Source: Mobula hypostoma (taxonomy: Eukaryota). From it: a stretch of DNA of 64,000 nucleotides. A program made the position numbers and the translations under genes. This document shows positions 27,831 to 40,563 of this stretch, in pieces (the first letter of the stretch is position 1; every line of letters starts with the position of its first letter). The notes beneath the pieces are model-generated. The model made no database searches. It saw nothing but the letters and a program-made list of their open reading frames with translations, and was not told the DNA's origin. The stretch covers positions 1,674,001-1,738,000 of the forward strand of contig NC_086108.1 of the NCBI RefSeq assembly GCF_963921235.1. The letters are read 5' to 3'.

Positions 27831-28037
27831 GGTCAATCAAGCCATGCCGTCTTCTCAAAGCTACCATCAGGCATGAGGTACAGAAGCCTGAAGCCCCACT
27901 CCACCAGGTTCAAAAACAGCTACTTCCCCTCAACCAAGTTATTGAACAGACCTACACAACCCTAATCACTGGAATTTAGCAACACCATGACCATTGTGCT
28001 AATATGGACTTTTGGGTTTTTGTGTGCTAATTGTGTT

Positions 28038-30806
28038 TGATTGGACAGCGGCACGGACGCAGTGGGAGCTTTCCCATACAGGTCTGGAGTGGAGTTTGAA
28101 AAAGCAGCCAGTTTTTAGTGGGAATCTTTGACTGGATAGCGGTGTAGCCACTGTAGACGTGTTCCCGCGAAGTTCCAGAGCAGAGCTTGTAAAATCCAGT
28201 CTCCATTTCAAAGGGATACCATCTAGTGGAGCGGTCATCGTCAGAGTGGCCTGAGTCAGAATGGTAAGGTTTTGTCTCAACAGGCAGAGGCGAGGTAAGT
28301 AGGGAAGTTTATTTCTCATTTAACTCTTGAAAGAATAGAAGGTATGTCTGCAGAGCCAGTGTTCTGTTCTGGGTGTCAGATGTGGGATTTCCAGGAGACT
28401 CCCAGCTTCCTCGATTGCCACATCTGCACCAGGTGCATCGAGGTGCAGCTCCTTAGAGACCCTGTTAGGGAACTACAGCTCAATGACCTTTGGTTTGTTA
28501 GGGAAAGTGAGGAGGTGATAGACAGGAGCTACAGGGAGATAACCACTCCAAGACTGCAGGAGACAGATAAATGGGTGACTGTCAAGAGAGGGAAGGGAAA
28601 ATGTCAGATAGTGGAGCACACCCCCGTGGCTGTCCCCCTCAACAATAAGTACTCCATTTTGAGTACTGTTGTGGGGAAGCAACAGTAGCCGTGTGCTGTG
28701 ATGGAAATGAGACAGATTCTTTGGGTCTCAAGGCAAGGATTCTGGACACATAGTTTTAACAATAAGGAGTTTATTTACAAGGGGAGAAGAGCTTGGGGAC
28801 AACACAAGCGGCTACAATATTCGCACAAACGTGTTTAGAATAGACGAGCGTGGGAAAAGTCGGGTCGGCGGTACAATACACGGGAAAACGGTGTGGGGAC
28901 AGAGTACAGGTACATATATAAGCAAGGGAAAAGTAACTACGATTCCTGCCTCCCTTGACTATGGGCAGGCACTGCTCTCTGCTACAGGGACAACAATAAA
29001 CGCTCCCAAAACCCTATTCAATGCACAGCTCACCACGTGTCTCCAGTGCTGCTCAGCAGTCTTCAGCCTAGAATGAGGCAGGGTGGTCCCTCAAGGATGG
29101 CAAAAAAGAGCGCGAGCCAGCACATGTAGCAACCTTTATAGGTCAGGGGGCCAGAGGGTCCAGCCCAGGTGATTCACCAGGGCGGGGGGGGGGGCAACAG
29201 CTTGGTGCCAGACGGGTTAATCTAATTAAGGTGGCCAATGGTTGAGTGTGCATTGATTAGTTGGGAGGGGTGGAATGTTGGCTGGCATGTGGTGTGCCTT
29301 CCGAGCAGGTAGGGGGCAGTGCTGAGCCGGGACAGGCACAGCTCTCTGGATACACTGAGTCTGGCCCTGTGGCTCAGAAGGGTAGAGAACCGAAGAGGAT
29401 GGCAGCAGTGATAGGGGATTCTATAGTCAGGGCACAGATGGGTGAGTCTGTGGATGCGAAAAGCACACACAGATGGTACTTTGCCTCCCAGGTGCCAGGG
29501 TCCGCAATGTTTCTGCACACTTCTGCAATACCCTGCAAAGGGAGGGTGAGCAGCCAGAAATCATGGTATATATTGGTACCAACGACACAGGTAGAAAAAC
29601 GGAGGAAGTCCTGAAAACAGAATACAGGGAGGTGGGAAGGAAGTTGAAAAGCAGGACCTCCAGGGTAGTAATCTCAGAATTACTGCCTGTACCATGCGAC
29701 AGTGAGGATAGGAATAGAATGAGGTGGCAGATAAATGTGTGACTGAAGAATTGGAGCAGGGGGCAGGGATTCTGAGGGGACCAATATCCTTGCAAGCAGG
29801 TTTTCTAGAGCTATTGGGAGTGGTTTAAACTAATATGGCAGGGGGATAGAGCTGAGGATGAGCCAGCAGGTTTACAAGTAGATGATGGGTGTAACATGAA
29901 TGTAAGGAAGAAAAAGCCAATGATTGGGTTCAAATGCAGACAGGGCAAAGAGTTAAATTGTACCACAGAGGCAAAATTTAAAAGGGTTTAGAATACAGAT
30001 CTGAAGGTACTGTATTTAAATGCATATAGTATTCGGAATAAGGTGGATGAACTCCTGGCGCAGTTAGAGATTGGTTGGTATGATGTTGTGAGCGTCACTG
30101 AGTTGTAGCTGAAAGACGATCGTAGTTGGAAGTTTAATATCAAAGGATATACTTCGTATTGAAAGGACAGGCAGGAAAGCAGGTGATGTGGCTCCGTTGG
30201 TAAGAAATGGAATTGTGTCTTTAGAAAGAGGTGACATAGGGTAAGGAGAATGTCAAATCCTTGTAGATGAAGTTAAGAAACTGCAAGGGTAAAAAAAACT
30301 ATTATGCGAATTATATACAGGCCTCCAAATAGTAGCCAAGACGTAGGGTTCAGATTACAAAGGGAGCTGTAATAAGTGTAATGTCACAATTGTAATGGGG
30401 GGCCTCAATGTGTAAGGGGATTGGGAAATCAAGATTGGTGTTGGATCGCAAGAGGGGGAATTTGTTGAAAGCTTACGAGATGACTTTATAGAGCAACTTG
30501 TGCTTGAGCCTACTCGGGGAAAGGCTATCTTAGATTGGCTGTTGTGTAATAATACAGATTTTACTAGGGAACTTAAGGTAAAGGAACCCTTAGGAGACAG
30601 TGATTATAATATGATTGAATTCATACTGTAATTTGAGAGGGAGAAGCACAAGTAAGATGTATCAGTACTGCAATAGAGTAAAGGGGATTACAGAGGCACG
30701 AGAGAGGAGCTTGCCCAGGTGGATTGGAGGGGGATACTGGGGGGATGACGGCAGGGCAAAGGTGGCTGAAGTTTCTGGGAATAGTTTACAAGTCACAGGA
30801 TAGATA
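28038..30806 (+). mobile_element. CR1 LINE 5' part (5'UTR, ORF1 zinc-finger/esterase, APE), interrupted by an LTR-like insert
   Basis: ORF1 reads MSAEPVFCSGCQMW..CTRC, then VIGDSIVR, CLPGARVR and IGTND. APE remnants follow downstream. Confidence 0.82.
28692..29340 (-). mobile_element. solo LTR-like insertion
   Basis: About 650-bp foreign block splitting CR1 ORF1, with TGTGC...GCACA ends. The minus strand has TATAAA (about 29135-29140) upstream of AATAAA (28770-28775). The TSD is not clearly resolved. Confidence 0.55.
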
Positions 30807-31009
30807 TGTCCCACATCACCCAGCACATGCTCTCATCTTATTACTACCATCATGGTAGAGTTACAGGAACCAGAAGACACCTACTCAACGTTTTAGGAAC
30901 AGCTCCTTCCCCTCTGCCATCAGATTTCTCAAAAGACAATGAATTCTACCTCAGTATTCTTCCTCTCTTTCTGCACTACTTACTTAGTTCAATTTTTATA
31001 TGTATTTTT

Positions 31010-31918
31010 AAGACCATAAGATATAGGAGCAGAATTAGGCCATTTGGCCCATCGAGTCTTCTCCGCCATTTATCACAGCTGATCCATTTTCCTCTCAGCC
31101 CCAATCTCCTGCCTTCTCTCCATATCCCTTCATCATCATCATCATCATCAGGTGCCGTGCCCAGTTTCAGCATTGACTGCCATGGCCCACACACTCCTGT
31201 TTCAGGTCAAGTGGATCAATTCATTGAAGGGCTTGAAAGATCCCTTCAATCTTTCCCATAATTACCGTGCATTCTAACTCCTCTTTCCTAATCCCTTCAT
31301 ACCCTGACTGATCAAGAATCTATTCATCTCTCCCTTAAATATACCCAGTGACTCGGCCTCCACACCTGCCTGTGGCAATAAATTCCACACATTCGCCACT
31401 CTCTGATTAAAGAAATTCCTCCTCATCTCTGTTCTAAAAGGATGTCCCTCTATTCTGAGGCTGTGTCCTCTGGTCTTAGGCTCCCCCACCATAAGAAACA
31501 TCCTTTCTACATACACGCTATTGAGGCCTTCCAACGTTCAATAGGTTTCAATGAGATTCCCACCCACCTCATTCTTCCAAAGTCCAGTGGTATAGACCCA
31601 GAACCGTGGAATGCTCCTCATATGACAAGCCATTCAATCCTGGAATCAGTTTCTTGAACCTCCTTTGAACCCTCTTCAATGTCAGCATATACTTTCTTAG
31701 ATAAGGGGCCCAAAACTGCTCACAATATTCCAAGTGAGGCCTCACCAGTGCCTTATAAAGCCTCAACATTACATATTTGCTTTTAAATTCTTGTCCTCTC
31801 AGCATTTGCCTTCCTTACCACCGACTCAACCAGCAAGTTAACCTTTAAGGAATCCTGTATGAAGACCTCCATGTCCCTTTGCACCTCAGATTTTTGAATT
31901 TTCTCTCCATTTAGAAAT
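31010..31918 (-). mobile_element. CR1 3' fragment
   Basis: Contains LYKALVRPHLEYCEQFW and TRGHSLRIEG, with the CR1 tail near 31010. Confidence 0.85.
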
Positions 31919-32228
31919 TTCTTATTGTAATTTATAGTATTTTAATGTATTGCATTGTAGGCAAAACAACAAATTTCACAACATATGTCACTGATATTAA
32001 ACCCAAATCTGATTCTGCACAGTCCATCTTCCACATGATACAGAAACTGATGTTCAGCTCTGGTCGTTGGTTCTGATAAAGAGTTCATAAAGTCAATTTA
32101 AACACTGCCCACTGAGGCAGGTTCATCTGTACTCAAAGTCACAGTCAGGAAGAAAGTTCTGCCAAAGAGAGTGTTCCACTGGCCACGAAACCCACGGCTC
32201 TGTAGATGATACGTCCCATGCTGAGTTA

Positions 32229-32324
32229 TCACACCTTTTCTACAACCACAGGTTCTGTCAATTGCTGCATGTGTAGTTGCTGGACAAACTCCTCAGCATA
32301 CACTTTGAACAGCGGCACTGCGTC
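32229..32324 (-). CDS. MRPL28: MRPL28 last coding exon (aa 222-252 + stop)
   Basis: Read manually. Encodes DAVPLFKVYAEEFVQQLHMQQLTEPVVVEKV* (TGA then TAA). Acceptor tttttcttcttag|. It resembles the vertebrate MRPL28 C-terminus. Confidence 0.93.
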   Translation of the reverse strand, partial: DAVPLFKVYAEEFVQQLHMQQLTEPVVVEKV

Positions 32325-35300
32325 CTAAGAAGAAAAATATCAAAAGTAAGTTGAAGATCCATAAACACTAGAAATTCTGCAGAAGCTGGAAAACTTGAGC
32401 AACACACACACACACAATGCTGAAGGAACTCAGTAGGTCAGGCAACATCTAAACAAATCATCGCTGTAATACTGAGGCACTGGTCAGCCCACGTTTGGAG
32501 TATTGTGGGCAGTTTTGGGCCCCTTATCCAAGAAAGGATGTGCTGGCATTGGAGAGGGTCCAGAGGTTGTTCATGAAAATTATCCTGGGAATGAAAGGGT
32601 TAAAAAATGAATCATGTGTGATGTTCTATAGTCGCTAGGAGAATGAGGGGTATCCCATTGAAATCTATCAAATATTGGAAGGCCTAGATAGAGTGGATGT
32701 GCTATAGCGGTCTTTCCGATGCAGAGGAGGCTGCAGCAGATACTGTAGGCAATCCAAACAGACTCAGGCCACCTCAGTTTAAGGACTGTTTCGGGCTTTG
32801 GTTGTGATGAGGGAGGAGGTGTAGCTGCAGGTGTAGCACTTGCAGAGGTAAGTGCCAGGAGGGAAAGCTGTGGGAGAGATGAGCGGGCAAGGGAATCAAG
32901 TAGAATCAGAGCGATCCCTGCAGAAAGCAGGCACAGGGATAGGAGAGGTTTAAAGGCTATGGATCAAATGCAAGGGAATGGAACTAGCTGAAGAAGACTG
33001 TATGTCACCATATACTACCCTGAGATTCATTTTCTTGCAGACATTCAGAGTAGAACAAATAGGGAGTGACATAGAGAGCGATCCCTTCAAACAGTGGAGA
33101 GTGGAGGGAAAGTGCACTTAGTGGTAGGATCCTGCTGTGGATGGTGGACATGACAGAGAATAATATGCTGAGGCAGATCCAGCTGTTTTCAAATCGCAAC
33201 ATTTATTTAGGACAGCGGATTCTCTTTTAGTCTAGGAGAGAAAATATGCCTTCTATAACCAAAGCACAATGATTCGACAAGTTAGCGGTGTAGTTAAACA
33301 TGAAGTCACACAAACAGCAATGCAACCACAGATAATAACCCACAGAATGATTGGAATCTGGAAACTACTGCCTGAGGGGTGGGTGGAGACAGGTACTCTC
33401 ACAAAATTTAGGAACTTTTCACAAGACGATGCCTCAAAAAGGCAGCATCCATCATGAACAACCCCCATCACCCAGGACGTGCCCTCCTCTCATTGCTACC
33501 ATCATGGAGGTGGTACAGGAGCCTGAAGACAAACACTCAAGATTTTCGGAACAGCTCTTTCCCCTCCTCCATCCGATTTTTTTTAAATTATTGAGATACA
33601 GCATGGAATAGGCCTTTCCAGCCCTTCGAGCCACACCGCCCAGCAATCCCCAGATTTAATCCTCATCTAGTCACGGGACAATTTACAATGATCAATTAAT
33701 CTGACTTTGGACTGTGGGAGGAAACCCATGAGGTCACGGTGAGAACATACAAACTCCTTACAGGTATCAGCCGGAACTGAACCGGGGTTTTTACGTTGTA
33801 AAGTGTTGTGCTGACCACTACTCTACCAAGCTGCCCCAAATTTCTGAATGGTCCGTGATCTCCTGAATACTACCTCACTATTTTTGCACTACTTACTTAT
33901 TTTGTATATATTTTTTATTGTAAATTATAGCAGATTTTTTACGTATTGCACTGTGCTGCTGCTACAAAACAAATTCCACAGCATATGACATTGACACTGA
34001 TTTGACTCTCAGAAGGCTATGCACTGGATTCTGGTGAATGGAATTAGGGCAGATAGATACTTGACGGTCGGCATAGATACGATGGGCTGAAGAGATGTCT
34101 AGAACTTTCTTTTCTCCAAGGAATGAAGTTGACAGGAACTCAGTGCAATGTTTCAGCCAAAAGATGATACTTCCAGCAGTCCTGTGCTCCCCCGCTGTGT
34201 CCTCCACATCCCCCGCTCTCGCCTGCCCAAACTGGCACCAGTCATTTCTTACCCCTCTTTAGTCACTCCGGACCCCCGTCTTATCACCCCCCCCCCCTTT
34301 ATACTAACCATCTCCACTCTCAGTCCTGATGTAGCATAGATTTTGTCTCTGGACCAAAACATTATTAAGGATTTAAAACATAGGCATCAGAACATTTTAA
34401 ATCCATACTTAGAATGGAATCTACAGTAAACATTGTCCTCTCTCACAATTAGTGCCTCAATCAATTCTTCCTCCCCCTCCTTCCCTATCCCTTCCCCTTC
34501 TCCTCCTCTCACTTCCCTTCTCTCTCCTTCCCCCTTTCTCTTCTCCCTCTCTCTTCCTCCCTTTGTCTACTTACTCTCTCCCCTCTCTCTCTTCCCTCTC
34601 TCTTCCCCCTCACTCCTATCCCACCTCGCTCTTTCTTTGACCATATGACAATAAACTGATTTATGATTTCAATGATTTCAAAGTCCATAACAGAATGAAA
34701 ATTATTGTAAACAGTGTTCTTGCCCACAAATAGTGCCTTTATCTTTCTCTCCCTCCCCCCTCACTCTTCTCTTCCAGTCTTCCCCCCCTTTCTCTTCACT
34801 TCTTTCTTCACCTCTCTCACTGTACCGCAGAGAAACTGCCAGGCCCTGCTTAAGTGAGTTTGAAGGATTAAGGATTTTAAAATAGAAAACGTTCTGGCAC
34901 TATCATGCTTCACTTCCTGAGTGTGACACAGGAGACAGTCTGATGGATCCAAGCATATCGTACAGAGGCCACATGGAAAAGCTGCCTGACCCACTTAGCC
35001 ACTGCGATGTGTCGCACATGGCCTTTGTCCAAGCTACATCCGCTTTCAAGTAATGAACGTTCTAGACATCCCTCCCTGGCTCCGTGGGCAAATAACCAAA
35101 AATAACAGCTGCATGACTGTAATGAAATTCAGTGCTGATGCCTCACAGCTTACAAAACATTCTTGAGTTCAGTCTTTGGAATTACAACCAACTTACCATA
35201 CGTAGCTTCAAACAGAGCATGAATTCCATACAGGAGGCCATTCAGCATCCCAAGCATCACAACTAGTCCTCTCTCTCTCTATCTCTCACACACACACACA

Positions 35301-35871
35301 TACACACAGTGGCCACTTTAATAGGTATCTCCTGTACCTACTAAAGTGGCCACTGAGTGTATGTTCATGGTCTTCTGCTGCTGTAGCCCATCCACTTCAA
35401 GGTTTGACATTTTGTGCATTCAGAGATGCTCTTCTGCACATCACTGTTGAAATCTGTGAGTATTGGAGTTACTGTCGCCTTCCTGTCACCTCGAACCAGC
35501 CTGGCCAATCTCCTCTGACCTCTCTCACTAACAAGGCATTTTTGCCCACAGAACTGCTGCTCACTGAATGTTCTTGTTTTGTCTTTTCACACCATTCTCT
35601 GTAAGTCCAGAGATTGTTGTGTGTGAAAACTCCACATCAGTGGTTTCTGAGACAAACCACCCTGACTGACACCAACAATCATTTCACGGTCAAAGTCACT
35701 GAGATCACATTTCTTCCCCCATTCTGATGTTTGTCTGAACAACAACTGAACCTCTTGACCATGTCTGCATGCTTTTATGCATTGAGTTGCTGCCACATGA
35801 TTGGCTGATTAGATTATTTGCATTAATGAGCAGGTGTACAGGTATAAATAATAAAGTGGCTGCTGAGTGTA
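35301..35871 (-). mobile_element. non-autonomous Tc1/mariner-like element
   Basis: Terminal inverted motif TACAC(A/T)CAG(T/C)GGCCACTTTA at both ends. It is homologous to 4390-4902. Confidence 0.72.
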
Positions 35872-36076
35872 GACCCTAATAATATATTTGAAACTCAAAA
35901 ACAAAACTGTAAGTGCTGGAAATCTGATGTGCGATTCATTGGGCTGGAAGGGCCTGTTTGCACTGTATCTCTAAATTAAATTAAATAACAGAAAAGGTTG
36001 GAAATATTCTACAGGTCAGGCAGTATCTATAGAAAAAGCAAACATTTTAAGTTGGAGACACCTGGGGAAATACATC

Positions 36077-36548
36077 TGTAACCCTGATGAATTTTATGAA
36101 TTTATAACTTGTAAAATGTAATTTGACAAAACAGATCCTGTGTGATTCTAGAGTGCTTTGCTGATTTGTTGAAGTGTTTGAATTGAAAGCTTGCAAGGGT
36201 ATGATTTATATAGCTGGGAGTGTTTTAACATTGCACAATAGAAAGCAGAAAAAGAATGGGACACAACTGTTGGGGACAGAAGCCTCAAAGACAAACGGGC
36301 TCATTCAAGATGGATGAGAGATAAAGCAGGAATGCAGTTAAAGGATGCAACGACTTCAAATGCATGAAGTTGATAAATTACAGGACTCTATAAGTATATA
36401 AAAATTATCTGTTTAGAGCTGTAAGACTGAAGTTATCTACGAACGACTTAACGTACGGAGATAAGACTTCCCTTGCAAGTAATAAACGTACTTATAATTT
36501 GATCGACTCTGAGTTTGTTGTAGTCTGTTACTATATATTTATAAGACC
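36077..36548 (+). mobile_element. possible solo LTR (interrupted by Tc1)
   Basis: Starts TGTAACCC, with TATATAAAA at 36395 and AATAAA at 36481. The 3' end and TSD were not found. Confidence 0.4.
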
Positions 36549-36550
36549 TA

Positions 36551-39165
36551 AAGTTGCACAAAAAGTTTGTGAACCTTTTGCAATTACCTGTTTTCTGCAA
36601 TAATTACTCATAAAACATGGCCTGATCTTCATCTAAGTCTCAATAATAGACAAACATAATCTGCCTAATCTAATAACACAAAGACAATTGTACTTTCCAG
36701 AATCAGAATCAGGTTTATTATCAATGGCATGTGACATGAAATTTGTTAAGTTAGCAGCAGCAGTTCAATGCAATACATAATCTAGCAGAGAAAATAATAA
36801 TAAATAAATTAATAAATAAGTAAATCAATTGCAGTATACATATATTGAATAGAGATACTGTATGTTTAAAAAAAAATGAAGTAGTGTCCAAAGATTTGAT
36901 GTCCATTTAGGAATTCAATGGCAGAGGGGAAGAAGCTGTTCCTGAATCGCTGAGTGTGTGTCTTCAGGCTCCTGTACCTCCTACCTGATGGTAACAGTGA
37001 AAAAAGGGCATGTCCTGGGTGTTGGAGGTCCTTAATAATGGACGCTGTCTTTCTGAGACACCGCTCCTTGAAGATGTCCTGGGTAATTTGTAGGCCAGTA
37101 CCCAAGATGGAGCTGACTAGATTTACAACCTTCTGCAGCTTCTTTCTGTCCTGTGCAGTAGCCCCTCCATACCAGACAGTGATGCAGCCTGTCAGAATGC
37201 TCTCCATGGTACAACTGTAGAAGTTTTTGAGTGTATTTGTTGACATGCCAAATCTCTTCAAACTCCTAATGAAGTATAGCCACTGTCTTGCCTTCTTTAT
37301 GACTACATCGATATGTTGGGACCAGGTTAGATCCTCAGAGATCTTGACACCCAGGAACTTGAAACTGCTCACTCTCTCCACTTCTGATCCCTCTATGAGC
37401 ATTGGTATGTGTTCCTTCATCTTACCCTTCCTGAAGTCCACAATCAGCTCTTTCGTCTTACTGACGTTGAGTGCCAGGTTGTTGCTGTGGCACCACTCCA
37501 CTAGTTGGCATATCTCACTCTCGTACACCCTCTCGTCACCACCTGAGATTCTACCAACAATGGTTGTATCATCAACAAATTTGTAGATGGTATTTGAGCT
37601 ATGCATAGCCACACAGTCATGTGTATACGGAGAGTAGAGCAGTGGGCTAAGCACACACCCCTGCGGTGTGCCAGTGGGCGATCGTCAGCGAGGAGGATAT
37701 GTTATCACCAATCCACACAGATTGTGGTCTTCTGGTTAGGAAGTCAATGATCCAATTGCGAAGGGAGGTACAGACATGTGTTCATGTCTTTATTGAACAC
37801 ATTGTTTAATCATTCACAATCCAGGCTGGAAAAAAGCATGGAAACCTTAACTGGTAGAATCTCCTTTAACAGCAATAACCTCCACCAAATGTTTCCTGTA
37901 GCTGCCATCAGACTTGCACAATGGTTTGGAGGAATTTTAGACCATTCCTCCATATAAAACTGTTTCAGCTCATCAATATTTTTGGGATACCTTGCATGAA
38001 CAGCCCTCTGCAGGTCATGCCACAGCATCTCAATTGGGTTGGGGTCTGGATTCTGACGTGGCCATTCCAAAACACAAATTTTCTTCTTTTTAAACCATTC
38101 TGTTGTTGATATACTCTTTTGTGTTTCGGATCATTGTCTTGTTGTATCATCCAACTTCTATTAAACTTCAGGTGACGGACTGCTACCCTGACATTCTCCT
38201 GTAAAATATCTTGATATAATTTTGAATTCATTGTTCTCTCAGTGACTGCAAGCTGTCCAAGCCCTGAGGCAGCAAAGCAGACCCAAACCATGATACTCCT
38301 TCCACCATGCGGCACAGTTCAACTTCTGTCTTATCCGTCCTTGGGACACTGTCCCTGAAGCATTGTGGAACATCCAGGTGGTCTCTTGCAAACTTGAGAC
38401 ATGCAGCAATGTTTTTAATAGAGAGCAGAGGTTTCCTCCGTGGTGTCCTTCCACGAACACCATTCTTGTTCAGTGTTTTTCTTATAGTGGACACATGAAC
38501 AGAGACTTTAGCAAGTTCTAGAGGTTTCTGCAGGTCTTTTGCTGTTACCCTTGGGTTCTTTTTCACCTCCCTCAGCATTGCATGTTGTGCTCTTGGTGTG
38601 ATCTTTGCAGGATGCTCATCCCAAGAAAAATAGCAACGGTACTGAGTTTCCTCCATTTGTAGGCAATTTCTCTTACTGTGGACTGATGAACACTCAGGTC
38701 TTTAGAAATACTTTTGTAGCCTTTTCGGGCTTCATGCTTCTCTACAATTCTTCTTCTAAGATGCTCTGATGGTTGTTTTCATTGAGGCATGGTACACATA
38801 AACAGATCTTTCTTGAGAAAATCAGGTTTTGCCAGTAACCTGATTGTCTTTTTTTTTACAGGTCAGGGCACCTGTTCAACCCACATCTCCAATCTCATCT
38901 CACTGACTGGAACATCTGACTCCAAATAGCTTTGTAGAAGGAACTACCCCAGAGGTTCCCATACTTTTTTGAACCTAGAATATGATTGTTTGAATGGTGT
39001 ACTCAGTATGCCGAGAAGAAGGATAACTGTTGGTGTGTTATTAGTCTAAGCAGGTTGTTTTTGTATATTATTCTAACTCAGATGAACATCAGACCACATT
39101 TTATGAGTAATTAATGCAGAAAACCAGGTAACTGCAAAGGGTTCACAAAATTTTTCTTGCACCCG
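36551..39165 (-). mobile_element. Tc1-family DNA transposon (long TIRs), decayed, with nested Rex1
   Basis: TA flanks at 36549-50 and 39166-67. The ends are long inverted repeats. Transposase pieces include HGGRSIMVWVCF, QQDNDPKH and WPRQNPDPNPIEMLW. Confidence 0.92.
36698..37774 (-). mobile_element. Rex1/Babar LINE 3' part nested in the Tc1 TIR
   Basis: ORF 36866-37654 (262 aa) contains LSPLLYS, KFVDDTT, LNVSKTKELIVDFRK and LPSGRRYRS. The tail is (ATTCTG)n. Confidence 0.9.
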
Positions 39166-39583
39166 TAGCTGAACTGTAGACTGCATTCTATATTAGAAAG
39201 TCACAACACTGACTCAAGCAACAATAATGCATTATTCTCTATTAAGTGTAAGGTATATTTGTTCTTTTTTATAAATTAAAAATGGTTCTAATGATGATTT
39301 TTGGTCTGAAGAATCTCTCAATTTAAGACACTTGGAAGAATCTGGGACATTTAATAGAGGTATACAAAATTATGAGAAGTATACATAGGGTAAATGCAAG
39401 CAGGTTTTTTTCCACTGAGGTTGGGTGGGACTAGAAGAGGCCATGGGTTAAGGGTGAAATGACGATGATGATGTCCTGTATAGATACGAATGGACTGAAC
39501 TTCATTGAAGGAATTTGCAAGGGTATCATGATTTGAAATTATTTATAAAGGGATTGGAATTTTTCACATAAGACAGTATAGAG

Positions 39584-39663
39584 CAGGTGTTTCCAACCTT
39601 TTTTATGCCATGAGCCCCTACCATTAACAAAGGGTCCACGAAACCCCGGGCTGGGAACCCCTG
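39584..39663. mobile_element. 80-bp hAT-like MITE
   Basis: TIRs CAGGTGTTTCCAACC / GGCTGGGAACCCCTG with an imperfect 8-bp TSD gtatagag/atatggag. Related copies lie at about 25240-25318 and 46327-46395. Confidence 0.6.
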
Positions 39664-40073
39664 ATATGGAGTCTACTCGGTCCGATGCTGTCTGTGCTGA
39701 CTCTCCCAAAGACAGAATCACATCCCTGCTTCACTCTGCAGCCGTACAGCATAGCAGTTGGTGTAGCAGTTTACAGCACTGGGCTCACTCCAGCCGCTGT
39801 CTGTAAGGAGTTTGCACGTCCTGTGACTCTGGTTTCCTCTCACAGCCCAAATGCATATGGGTTAGGGTTAGGGTTAGTGAGCTGTGGCCATGCCATGTAG
39901 GCACCGGAAGCACGGCTCCCAGCACAATCCTCGCTGATTTGATTTGATGCAAATGACACAGTCACTGTATGTTTCCATGTACACCCGACAACTAAAGCTA
40001 ATCTTTAATGCAACACACCATCTTTATTTTGGTCAAGACAGGTAAAGAATAATTTAATTCGGATCCGTGTTAC

Positions 40074-40160
40074 CTTTTTCTCTAATAACCTCTGTTTCTC
40101 CACAGCTTCTTCCAGGCTTAGACCAACCCACTCTGCCTCCTCTTCAGGAATCACAAATTC
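40074..40160 (-). CDS. MRPL28: MRPL28 coding exon 4 (aa 193-221)
   Basis: Read manually because it is absent from the ORF track. Encodes [29 protein letters not shown]. Acceptor catgctgcag|, donor AAG|GTAACA. Confidence 0.95.
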
Positions 40161-40563
40161 CTGCAGCATGAACGATAGAGATTAGTTTTATTTGTCACAT
40201 GTAAACATGCTGAGAAACACGCCATCTGTGTCAACAACCAACACAGTCCAAGGATGTGCTGACGGTTGCCATCCTTCTATCAAAAGAGAATTAGTAACCC
40301 TGATTCGTACATTCTTGCAATGTGGGTTTCCTCCCACACATCACGGGGGGAATGCAGCAGAATTGACTCCTGATAGCTGGGTGCTGGAAAGCACTGTGCT
40401 AACCACAACACAGCCATGCCTCCCCTCAGTGGGGACTTACGTTAGTTTTATAATGCCACATGCAGCATGCGAGTGGTGAGTACGGGGTAAGGAGGAAAGG
40501 TGGGGGGAGGTCACTCAACCCATAGTGTCTGTGCAATTTCCTTTGAGGACCTTGATATAATAG

